From IMG/VR virus record IMGVR_UViG_3300049216_000090: a DNA stretch of 20,000 bases; one strand, given 5' to 3'. Position numbers and translations under genes: made by a program. Position 1 is the stretch's first letter; each line of letters begins with the position of its first letter. This document shows, in pieces, positions 7,512 to 15,212 of this stretch. Under the pieces are notes generated by a model. That model saw nothing but the letters and a program-made list of their open reading frames with translations. It was not told the origin of the DNA and did not search any database. Origin of the DNA: an uncultured virus (IMG/VR IMGVR_UViG_3300049216_000090). Taxonomy: Duplodnaviria; Heunggongvirae; Uroviricota; Caudoviricetes.

Positions 7512-7769
7512 TTAGCCTCCGTATTCCCCTTCGTCGTCGATAGAACGATACTTCTTCGGCGGCTCCGGGGGTTTCTTCTTGGGGACAAACGGCTTGGGCG
7601 GCTTCTTCGGCTGCTGGGCCTTCGCCGCTTTGTTGGCCCGGATCGTCTTCCAGGCTTTCTTCGCAGCGTCCGACCGCTTCTTTTTCAGGGCTTCCAGAAA
7701 AGAAGGCGGCGGCTTATTCAGAGGGTCTTTCCCGAACAGATCGACCTTACTGGTGATGCGCTTTTGCAT
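7512..7769 (-). CDS. Lys/Pro-rich basic protein ending KKYRSIDDEGEYGG (85 aa)
   Basis: GGAG SD and own promoter; RSDAAKKAWKTIR helix. Confidence 0.75.
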   Translation of the reverse strand: MQKRITSKVDLFGKDPLNKPPPSFLEALKKKRSDAAKKAWKTIRANKAAKAQQPKKPPKPFVPKKKPPEPPKKYRSIDDEGEYGG

Positions 7770-7778
7770 GACTCTCCG

Positions 7779-7807
7779 ATATTACCACGAAACACTCTGA
7801 GTGTAAA
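7779..7807 (-). promoter_or_regulatory. Sigma70-type promoter with extended -10
   Basis: TTTACA-17 nt(...ttcgTGg)-TAATAT upstream of ATG 7769; near-identical design at 19035-19063. Confidence 0.7.
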
Positions 7808-7808
7808 G

Positions 7809-8423
7809 TCACTTCTTCGGCAGGCGGTCCAGATAACACCAGCCCCACCGCCCGGCGGTTTCGAGGGGCAGGCCGGTATTGAGCATAAATTCTGCCGACC
7901 GATAGTGTTTGAAGTGGTCCACGTCATCCATCATCAGGAGGACCGGAAGTTTGGATCGGTAGACCACCTGGAACTCCAGCCACCCGACGCCGCCCGCACT
8001 GTCGAGGAACACCAGTTGGTTGGCCTTGAGGTTCTTCTTCAGCAGTTCTTCGGGCAGATCGCCGTGGGCCACTTCGTTGAGGTAAAAGTGTACCCGTGCC
8101 TCGTCGTGAATGTCAATAGCGGCCCCGACCTTCTGGGCGTCGAAGTCGTCGGTGCTGATGAAGTCGTTCATGTCGCTGCGCAGGAGGGAGTACCCGTGCA
8201 GGCACGTCACGTTGGGCAAATCCTTCAGGTTGTTGACGGCGTGCTGGTAATGGTGAAGGTTACACTCGATTGTCGTAACGGGGAGGCCGGTGGCGGCGAG
8301 AATCTGGGTCGTTCCCAGCCCCAGGTAGGTTCCGGTTTCGAGGATTTCCGTGACGGGGTACTTGGCGACCAGGGCTTGGACGATGGGGGCCAGTTCTTCT
8401 TTCGCAAATTCCAATCGTGACAT
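7809..8423 (-). CDS. Class I SAM-dependent methyltransferase (204 aa)
   Basis: AGGAG SD before ATG 8423; motif I ILETGTYLGLGT, acidic TIEC after beta2, VFLDS and MMDD. Confidence 0.8.
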   Translation of the reverse strand: MSRLEFAKEELAPIVQALVAKYPVTEILETGTYLGLGTTQILAATGLPVTTIECNLHHYQHAVNNLKDLPNVTCLHGYSLLRSDMNDFISTDDFDAQKVGAAIDIHDEARVHFYLNEVAHGDLPEELLKKNLKANQLVFLDSAGGVGWLEFQVVYRSKLPVLLMMDDVDHFKHYRSAEFMLNTGLPLETAGRWGWCYLDRLPKK

Positions 8424-8472
8424 AATAGCTCCTAAACTAGATAGTGTAGTATAGCAATCCGGGGGGAAATCC

Positions 8473-9288
8473 ATGTACCTTGTTAGAAGAGATGCCGCAT
8501 TCGGCGACATATTGATGGCGGGAATGGCCGTCGCCACGCTGAACGACCACGGGGTCAAAACCGCCCTGATAACCGACAACCAAGCCGCCGCCTCGCTGTT
8601 GTACGTTCCCAAAATGACCGCCAACCCGGACAACTGGCAGGAAGTGTGGTTCGAGTACGAGTCGTTCCGCCACGACACCAGCACCAGTTACGTCCAGGGG
8701 TGGCTCAACAAGTTCTCCCAGGTGTGGCTGGGCGGGAGTCCCATCAAGTTGACCCGCCGGTGCGTGCCGGTTTACTTCACCCCGGCTCCCGCCACGCCCG
8801 TGTACGACGTGGCAATCGGCAGCCTCACCGGGAACTGGACGCTGTACAAAAGCTGGCCCCACTTCGACCGGCTGAAGCACCTTCTCGACAAAAACGGGTT
8901 GACGTGGATCGACATGGACAAGTCCGGCGTCTTCAACAACGAGTGCCTGAACATCGTGCGGAAGTGCGGCGTCTACCTGGGGCTGGACACCGGCAGGAGC
9001 CACTACGTTTCGTCCGAAGCCGCCGGGAAGACGTTGATCCTCCACAGCGGGTTCAGCGGGTTCCGCCAGTGGTGCGTGTACGACTACGAAGTGATCGACA
9101 AGAAGGTGGAGTGTTCCCCGTGCTACCTGAACGTAATGATGCCGCCCTGTCCGAACGGCTTCAAGTGTTTCAACGACATCCGCCCCGAATTCGTCGTGGA
9201 GCGGATCATCGAGAAACTTTCACGAAGTCCCTTTTACCGACCTTCACAATCTGCCCGCTCGAAACTTTACAATCTTCCAGTCGTTTAA
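8473..9288 (+). CDS. GT9 (heptosyltransferase)-like glycosyltransferase
   Basis: AFGDILMA, KSWPHF, LGLDTGRSHY and C-terminal CSPC...CP...KCFNDIRPEFV, all typical of GT9. Confidence 0.8.
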   Translation: MYLVRRDAAFGDILMAGMAVATLNDHGVKTALITDNQAAASLLYVPKMTANPDNWQEVWFEYESFRHDTSTSYVQGWLNKFSQVWLGGSPIKLTRRCVPVYFTPAPATPVYDVAIGSLTGNWTLYKSWPHFDRLKHLLDKNGLTWIDMDKSGVFNNECLNIVRKCGVYLGLDTGRSHYVSSEAAGKTLILHSGFSGFRQWCVYDYEVIDKKVECSPCYLNVMMPPCPNGFKCFNDIRPEFVVERIIEKLSRSPFYRPSQSARSKLYNLPVV

Positions 9289-10294
9289 CCCCGTCCAGAC
9301 TCACCCCGCCGCCCGCCAACAACCGGCGGGCTTCGGCCTTGCTGCAACTGCGGAGTTCCGACACCACTTCCACCAGGGTTTCCCCCTTGACGTAGTGGTC
9401 GATGTCGTCGGCGGTCGGAGCCTTCCGGTCCTGACACAGAGCCTTGAACTCGTCCTGTGCCATCGCCGCCCGGCCCCGCCCCCACAGTTGGTTGGTAATA
9501 TCGAATGCCAACGCCTTCTTCCGGTCCATCGGGTGCGTGTGGGCGTTCGGCTCGGAGGAAAGGAGCGGAATCCACTCCTCCATCACGTCGTCGGGGACGC
9601 TCATGACTTTGCCGTACACGTCAACCGGCGGGTCGTCCAGCCAGATGCAGTTGTCCAGGGACTTGCTCATCTTCCGCCCGTCCGTGCCCCGGATGATCGG
9701 GGACATCAGACACACCTGCGGCGGCATCCCCTCCTTCTCTTGTAGGAAGCGACTCACCTGGAAGTTGAACAGTTGGTCCTGCCCGCCGACCTCGATTTCC
9801 GCCTTCAGAACAACACTGTCCCACCCCTGGCAGATTGGGACCAACAGTTCGTGCAGCCCGATACTGGCCTTCGCCTCGATCCGCTTCTGGAAGGCGTCAC
9901 GGGAAGTCATGTGGGCCAGCGTGAACTGCGCCGCCAGCTTCATGAACTTGGGGAGCGTCATTTTGTCGTGTTCGGTGTGGTTGTCCCAGAAGGTGAACCC
10001 CGGCGGCAGAACCTTCTCCACGATCTGCTTGATGAGGAAGGCGTTCATTTCCACGTCGGTCGGGGAGAGGATGGGGCGTGTGGCGTCCCGCCCGGACGGG
10101 TCGCCGAGTTGGGCCGTGAAGGTTCCCAACACGATGGTTACGGGATGCCCGGCCCCCTGCAATTCCTTCACCATTAAGAGGGGGACCAGATGGCCCAGGT
10201 GGAGGCGGGTGAAGGTGGGGTCAATGCCGAACTTGACCCGCCCTTTCGGGGGCAGGGGAGCGTTCGCCGGGAATCGGATCACCTTGTCGATCAT
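9206..10294 (-). CDS. tyrS: Tyrosyl-tRNA synthetase, compact (362 aa), with C-terminal S4-like domain
   Basis: VKFGIDPT...LHLGH (HIGH), GDPSGR, QGWD, GGQDQLFN, KMSKS, S4-like SKAEARRLLAGGGVSLDG...VKVGKR. ATG 10294 is ATGA-coupled. Confidence 0.93.
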   Translation of the reverse strand: MIDKVIRFPANAPLPPKGRVKFGIDPTFTRLHLGHLVPLLMVKELQGAGHPVTIVLGTFTAQLGDPSGRDATRPILSPTDVEMNAFLIKQIVEKVLPPGFTFWDNHTEHDKMTLPKFMKLAAQFTLAHMTSRDAFQKRIEAKASIGLHELLVPICQGWDSVVLKAEIEVGGQDQLFNFQVSRFLQEKEGMPPQVCLMSPIIRGTDGRKMSKSLDNCIWLDDPPVDVYGKVMSVPDDVMEEWIPLLSSEPNAHTHPMDRKKALAFDITNQLWGRGRAAMAQDEFKALCQDRKAPTADDIDHYVKGETLVEVVSELRSCSKAEARRLLAGGGVSLDGVKRLEDCKVSSGQIVKVGKRDFVKVSR

Positions 10295-10449
10295 TTCGTC
10301 GCCCTCCCAAGCAGGTAGCCGATCCCCACGCCGATCAACAGGACGAACACCGTCCGGGCAAGGTGCATGAACGTCCAATACATCATGGGGTTCATGAACC
10401 CGATGACGAACAGGACGACGAGTATCACCAGGAAGGTTTTGGCGTTCAT
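10291..10449 (-). CDS. Small 2-TM membrane protein (52 aa, MNAKTFLVIL...)
   Basis: ATGA overlaps at both ends; two hydrophobic segments. Confidence 0.75.
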   Translation of the reverse strand: MNAKTFLVILVVLFVIGFMNPMMYWTFMHLARTVFVLLIGVGIGYLLGRATK

Positions 10450-10799
10450 GTTTCCCACGGGTCGTCGATGGATCGGTGTTTCTTTTCTTCGGTCAGGATC
10501 AACCAGTATTCTTCGGTCAACCCGACGCCTTTCAACATGCCGAGTTTCACGACGGGATGCGACTCCCATGTCATGGGCTTGTTCTGTCGCTTCAGGAAGA
10601 AGTAAAACTCAGCTAAGGCTTTCCTGAAGTCGTTCACGTCGCCCATGAACTCGAAGCACTTCTCCGTCTGCTCCATGATGGTCGAGTCGTTGGGCGAGTA
10701 GGTTTGCCCTCGTGTGTGGGCCAGGACCGCCTCCTTGTAGACCTCGAACGCCCGGCTCATCCGCCCGACGTACCCTTCGACGACGCTTTTCTTCTTCAT
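10446..10799 (-). CDS. Stand-alone PrkA/YeaG C-terminal-domain-like protein, paralogue 2 (117 aa)
   Basis: DFRKALAEF...NKPMTWESHPVVK aligns with the upstream paralogue; ends KHRSIDDPWET. CDS is solid, family call tentative. Confidence 0.55.
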   Translation of the reverse strand: MKKKSVVEGYVGRMSRAFEVYKEAVLAHTRGQTYSPNDSTIMEQTEKCFEFMGDVNDFRKALAEFYFFLKRQNKPMTWESHPVVKLGMLKGVGLTEEYWLILTEEKKHRSIDDPWET

Positions 10800-11164
10800 G
10801 AAGACTCCCAGGGGGCGTCGATGCTGCGGTACTTGCCCTGTTTGAGTCCGAAGAACGGGTATTCGGGAACGTCTTCGTCCGGGTATATCCTGATGAAGTC
10901 TAGGATCGCCGCCTTGAGTTTCGGGTTGGTGTCGTAACTGAACGGCTTGTTGTGCAGGTCCAGTTGGCCGAAGAACGACGCAATCATCCGGCGAAAGTCG
11001 TCGGCTTCGGATTCTGCTATCCCGGCGAACACTTCGACCCGCCGCCGGAAGTCCTCATAGGAGGGCTTGTCGGCGGCACGGTTCAAGTAATGGAACAACA
11101 GCACGAGATAGTGTTTGAACGTATTTTCGGCTTTCTTGTCGAGAAACATTTCGCCGAGTCCCAT
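10796..11164 (-). CDS. Stand-alone PrkA/YeaG C-terminal-domain-like protein, paralogue 1 (122 aa)
   Basis: RRVEVFAGIAESEADDFRRMI...NKPFSYDTNPKLKAAI resembles, from memory, the PrkA C-terminal RSIEEQIGI...FRxEI...GKxFDYxSHERLREAI; ends KYRSIDAPWESS. Confidence 0.6.
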   Translation of the reverse strand: MGLGEMFLDKKAENTFKHYLVLLFHYLNRAADKPSYEDFRRRVEVFAGIAESEADDFRRMIASFFGQLDLHNKPFSYDTNPKLKAAILDFIRIYPDEDVPEYPFFGLKQGKYRSIDAPWESS

Positions 11165-11192
11165 GCGAATTCCTGTCTAATGGGGAGACAAT

Positions 11193-11462
11193 TTAATATG
11201 CGGCCCCTGAGTCGAACGTCGATCCAGCGTCCTTGTTGAGTGCCTGGAACGGGTGTTTCTGGAGAACGTCGGGGCCGTGTTCCCTCACCAAACAAGTCAT
11301 GCACTGCGCCTTGACCCCTTCGGCAACCTTTTCTTGTTGCTTGGGACCGAGCCACATACTGAAAGTACAGTCCGGGCACGGCACGAGGACGAAACCCGGC
11401 CCGGCCACATAGCCGGGCGAACCGAACGGGATGCCGGTGATGATGTTGACGACTTCGTTCAT
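11193..11462 (-). CDS. Small putative zinc-binding protein (CPDC...CMTC), 89 aa
   Basis: Two CxxC pairs; ATGA-coupled to lysS. Confidence 0.7.
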   Translation of the reverse strand: MNEVVNIITGIPFGSPGYVAGPGFVLVPCPDCTFSMWLGPKQQEKVAEGVKAQCMTCLVREHGPDVLQKHPFQALNKDAGSTFDSGAAY

Positions 11463-13009
11463 GTTTTCGGCTTCACGAGGGGGAAGGTAATCACGTCCCG
11501 GATGGATTGCGTGTCGGTGTACAACATCGCCAGCCGGTCGATCCCGATCCCCAGCCCGCCCGCCGGGGGCATCCCCACGATGAGCGAGTCGATGTAGTCG
11601 GTGTCGATCCGAGGGTCCGTTGCGCCCGGCGGCAGGCCCAATTGTACTTCAAAATTCCGCCGTTGTAAATCAGGATCGTTGAGTTCCGTGTAGGCGTTGG
11701 CGATCTCCATCCCGCCGACGAACAACTCCCACCGATCACAGACGAACCCGTCCTTCAGCTTGGACGGCTTGGCGAGCGGGCACATGGGCGTGGGGTATTC
11801 GTACACGAACACGGCGTCCAGGTTCGGCTGAATGTACTCGTCCCACGCCGCTTCCACCAGTTCCAACACCGGCGTCGTAACCGGCTTCCTGAGCCGGTCG
11901 GCGAGGATGGCTTGGAGGTTCGGATGCCAGTTGTACGGATCGTAAATCGGGTCGCCCTGCATCATGGAGAACTGGTCGTCCTGCGGGAATCCCTTCGTGG
12001 CGAGCGGGGCTTCGTACAACCTGACCCCGATGTACTCCATGAACAGGCTCTCGAACGTGTCCGTCTTGGCGTCCACGATCTGTTGGAGTCCGACGGCTTC
12101 ACCGATCCGCCGGGTGATGTATTCCATCGACCGGACATCGCCGTAGGCTTCGTACAACTCCAACATGGTGAATTCGGGATTGTGGGTCTTGTCGATTCCC
12201 TCGTTCCTGAAGTTCTTTCCGATCTCGTAGATGCGCTCCATACCGCCCACCAACAACTTCTTGAGGAAGAGTTCGGGGGCGATGCGGAGGTACAAATCGC
12301 TCCCGTAGGCGTTGTGGTGGGTCTTGAAGGGCCGTGCCGCCGCCCCGCCAGCGATCCCCTGAAGGATCGGCGTCTCGACTTCCACGAACTTGTGCTTGTT
12401 GAGAAGGGTTCGGATTTTCCAAACCATCTCGCTCCGCTTCTGGAGGTTACGGAGTGCGCCTTCCCGGTAGATCAGTTCCAGGTGTCGGTTCTTGGCGAGG
12501 GTTTCCGGGTCGGTGAGTCCGGCGTGCTTGTCGGGCGGATTCGCCAACGACTTGCACAGCATGTCGATGTCCGTAATCTTCAGGCTGATTTCACCCGTCT
12601 TGGTGGCCGTGAGCGTACCTTCGACGCCCACGATGTCGCCGGGCTGAAGTTGTTGCACGATGGCCCACGGCATTTCGTAGGTGATCCCGTCGCCGGTCTG
12701 TACGGAACTGACCCCATCCCAGAGGTCGGCCTTGGACGCCCACACCTGGATCGTTTCGGTTTCGTCCTTGATGTGGAAGAAGATCAGCTTGCCGTGGCCG
12801 TTCTTCCCCATGACCCGGCCTGCGGCCCGGAACTTCTCGGTGGACGGGTGCGCAGCGTCGTACCTGCGACGGATGGCGTCGATGGGCGTCAAGCCCTCGA
12901 ACTTCTGGCCGTAAGGGTCCAAGCCATTGGTCGTGATGTCCTTGGACATCTCCGTAATGGCCTTGCGACGGCGTAGGCGGTCTTGGTAAAGCTGGTCTTC
13001 GGTGTTCAT
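11459..13009 (-). CDS. lysS: Lysyl-tRNA synthetase, class II (516 aa)
   Basis: OB-fold (AAGRVM...GDIVGVEG...TKTGEIS), motif 1 FVEVETPIL, GGAAARPFKTHHN, YLRIAPELFLK, motif 2 FRNEGIDKTHNPEFTMLE, motif 3 GMPPAGGLGIGIDRL. Confidence 0.97.
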   Translation of the reverse strand: MNTEDQLYQDRLRRRKAITEMSKDITTNGLDPYGQKFEGLTPIDAIRRRYDAAHPSTEKFRAAGRVMGKNGHGKLIFFHIKDETETIQVWASKADLWDGVSSVQTGDGITYEMPWAIVQQLQPGDIVGVEGTLTATKTGEISLKITDIDMLCKSLANPPDKHAGLTDPETLAKNRHLELIYREGALRNLQKRSEMVWKIRTLLNKHKFVEVETPILQGIAGGAAARPFKTHHNAYGSDLYLRIAPELFLKKLLVGGMERIYEIGKNFRNEGIDKTHNPEFTMLELYEAYGDVRSMEYITRRIGEAVGLQQIVDAKTDTFESLFMEYIGVRLYEAPLATKGFPQDDQFSMMQGDPIYDPYNWHPNLQAILADRLRKPVTTPVLELVEAAWDEYIQPNLDAVFVYEYPTPMCPLAKPSKLKDGFVCDRWELFVGGMEIANAYTELNDPDLQRRNFEVQLGLPPGATDPRIDTDYIDSLIVGMPPAGGLGIGIDRLAMLYTDTQSIRDVITFPLVKPKT

Positions 13010-13737
13010 AATCCAGAATCATACCCCAGAATCGGGGCTTTGTAAAAATCGGGGCTTTGTAAAGTCGTTGCCACCACCATCTCTTTGAACGACACCAGTT
13101 TGACCCGTGGGTCCGTGAGGAGCCATTCGTACAACTTCCTGACCTTCTGCCAGTCCTTCTCTTCCTTCATCTCGTAGGTGTGGCCCCAGAAGATGAGGCC
13201 GTCCCGGTCTTGTCGGGTTCGTTCGATGAGGGAGTCGAAGTTGTGGTTGTCCCATTTGGCGCTGGCGTACAGCATCAGGGGATCGACGTTCTTCTTCTTG
13301 TCGGTGTGCTGGCAGGTTCTTCCGTACAGGTAGAGATGTCTGCGGAGGATGTCGGCGAGCCGGGCGTTGTGTTTGCCGAACGGGTAGCAGAAGCCGCTCA
13401 CGTCCCGCTGGAAGACATCCTCCAGTCGGGTGCGGCCTTCGGTGATTTCCTGTTCGGCCCCGGCGAGTGAAAGTTTCGTCAAGTCGATGTGTCGGGCGGT
13501 GTGGTTGACGATTTCAAAGTCGGAGTATTCCCTCAGTTCGGCGGCGGATATGATTTGGCCGAACTGAGGGTTTGGGTTGTTGAGTTGACGGCTGGCTCCG
13601 TACCGGGCCGGATTCAATGCGAAGGCGGCAGGAGCCTTGAGTTCTCTCAACATCTCCATGAGGCGAAAGTCAGTGACGAGTCCGTCGTCCCACATGGAAG
13701 CCGCAAAGACACTGCGGCTTTTGATGAGTCTACTCAT
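13006..13737 (-). CDS. Polysaccharide deacetylase (NodB/CE4-like)
   Basis: MWDDG, NHTARH, GFCYPFG and IFWGH motifs. Confidence 0.9.
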   Translation of the reverse strand: MSRLIKSRSVFAASMWDDGLVTDFRLMEMLRELKAPAAFALNPARYGASRQLNNPNPQFGQIISAAELREYSDFEIVNHTARHIDLTKLSLAGAEQEITEGRTRLEDVFQRDVSGFCYPFGKHNARLADILRRHLYLYGRTCQHTDKKKNVDPLMLYASAKWDNHNFDSLIERTRQDRDGLIFWGHTYEMKEEKDWQKVRKLYEWLLTDPRVKLVSFKEMVVATTLQSPDFYKAPILGYDSGL

Positions 13738-14339
13738 TAGGCAAACTTGTAGGAAAGGGCGATCTCAGTGGTCAGTTCAGGGACGCCGATGTGGGTGCAG
13801 AGGTTGTGCTTCTTGGCTTCCTTCGCATTGAGGAACCATTCGGCGTGGCCCTTGTCGTGGATGATCTTGGTGAAGTAATCGTCCGGCTTGCCTACGTTCT
13901 TGGCGACGATGGCGAAGATCAACTTGTGCAACCGTTCGGTTTCCTTGGCGTCGGCCTTCACTTCTTCGATCTTGCCCCAGGAGCCGCTGGAAACGTCGTG
14001 GAGCATCAGGGTGGCGTGCGGGGCCATGTACCGCTGCTGACCCATTGCGAACAACATCGCTCCGCAGGACATGCCCTTGCCTTCCAGGACGGTAACGACC
14101 GGGAGGCTGGCGGATTGGATTTGAGCGATCATATCCAACAGCGAATAGACTTGACCGCCGTAGGAGTCGATGACGACGGGGATGACGGGCTGGTGGGTTT
14201 GGTGGGCCTTCTCCATGTCTTCGTGGAAGGATTTGGCTCCCTCTTCTGTAAACTTCGTGACCCGAACGACGACCGGCTGGGCGACGAGTTCTTCGACCTT
14301 GCCCCGGATACGGGGATCAACAATCAGGGTTCTACGCAT
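13737..14339 (-). CDS. clpP: ClpP-family (S14) serine protease (200 aa)
   Basis: IDSYGGQV, catalytic Ser in GMSCGA, His in LMLHDVSSG, EWFLNAKEA (Glu at the usual Asp position); AGGAG SD. Confidence 0.88.
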   Translation of the reverse strand: MRRTLIVDPRIRGKVEELVAQPVVVRVTKFTEEGAKSFHEDMEKAHQTHQPVIPVVIDSYGGQVYSLLDMIAQIQSASLPVVTVLEGKGMSCGAMLFAMGQQRYMAPHATLMLHDVSSGSWGKIEEVKADAKETERLHKLIFAIVAKNVGKPDDYFTKIIHDKGHAEWFLNAKEAKKHNLCTHIGVPELTTEIALSYKFA

Positions 14340-14580
14340 CGGGTTCTCCTAAGTAATGTTGGATTTCGTAATCAACTACCATCTGATCCAGGCAATCCTT
14401 CACCATGTCGGCGAGGGCCGAGTAGTACCAGAAGTCGCTCTGGGTTTCGCTTTCTGTACGATAGTGGATAATCCGTTCCAGGGCAATACGAGCAGAGTAA
14501 ATATCTCTGCATATTTTTGTGTGCGACGGATATTGAATTTCGATGACGCCGTTGGCGTAGTTGACGGAGGTATTCTTCAT
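14332..14580 (-). CDS. Hypothetical protein (82 aa)
   Basis: AGGAG/AGGA SD; 8-nt overlap with the clpP start; first gene of the coupled chain. Confidence 0.7.
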   Translation of the reverse strand: MKNTSVNYANGVIEIQYPSHTKICRDIYSARIALERIIHYRTESETQSDFWYYSALADMVKDCLDQMVVDYEIQHYLGEPDA

Positions 14581-14589
14581 GTCCTGCTC

Positions 14590-14597
14590 CTATATAC
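14590..14597. promoter_or_regulatory. CTATATAC element (palindromic TATATA core) in a 23-bp divergent gap
   Basis: Only AT-rich element between ATG 14580 (-) and ATG 14604 (+); identical 8-mer at 4025. Confidence 0.55.
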
Positions 14598-14603
14598 GGT
14601 AAG

Positions 14604-15212
14604 ATGTTAAACGGCTTTCGTCAATACTTTGAAACCTTCGTTCCGCCGACCCCCCGTGCAAACGGGTTGGCGGAATTGGCACGTTTGGAGAAGGGACACT
14701 ACCTGATCGCCCAGCCTTTGGACTACGAGACGGCTTACAGGTACATGAACGGTTTCGACGGACTGCGGCATGTGTCGAACGACATGATCGTGACCGCCGA
14801 AGATATAGATCGTATGTCCCGTACCGCCAAAGAAGCCGTAGTTATAATGCCCATCCCGAAGCGATGGTTCACCCGGTCGCAACTTGAGCAGAACGGCGTG
14901 ACGGGGGCAATAACCCCGCTCCTGACTTTGGGGCAGGGCTGGCACTTGCCGCCCAACTACGTCTGGGGATACTTCTCGAAATGGGACGAGCAGCAGGAAA
15001 AGAACACTGAGCCGGGCCAGTTCTACCGGAACCAGAACTACCACGGGCACGACGGGTTGTTGAAGAAGTGGAAGGAGACATACGGCAAGGACCAGAAGAA
15101 ACCTCTGGTCTTGGACCGTCCTACTCCGAGGGTTGCCGCCCCGTTTGCCCCGCAACAACATAGGACGTTCCACGGCTACAACACGTTCGACTTCGATTCT
15201 TCCGCACAGTAA
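14604..15212 (+). CDS. Hypothetical protein with N-terminal FRQYFE motif (possible virion-internal protein)
   Basis: MLNGFRQYFE resembles the T4 capsid-targeting-sequence pattern (MKTYQEFIAE); preceded by CTATATAC. Confidence 0.7.
   Translation: MLNGFRQYFETFVPPTPRANGLAELARLEKGHYLIAQPLDYETAYRYMNGFDGLRHVSNDMIVTAEDIDRMSRTAKEAVVIMPIPKRWFTRSQLEQNGVTGAITPLLTLGQGWHLPPNYVWGYFSKWDEQQEKNTEPGQFYRNQNYHGHDGLLKKWKETYGKDQKKPLVLDRPTPRVAAPFAPQQHRTFHGYNTFDFDSSAQ

Noticed and set aside
6882..8420. 512-aa + strand ORF
   Set aside because: Antisense shadow of three well-supported minus-strand genes; no motifs, and expected from GC-rich third codon positions.
225..10378. Track start sites at 225, 1600, 1752, 2224, 3977, 5621, 8684 and 10378
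   Set aside because: Longest-ORF extensions that mostly overlap neighbours; SD sequences and ATGA coupling support the downstream starts reported.
9444..12976. Long + strand ORFs 9444..10370 and 11912..12976
   Set aside because: Antisense to tyrS and lysS; no independent coding signal.
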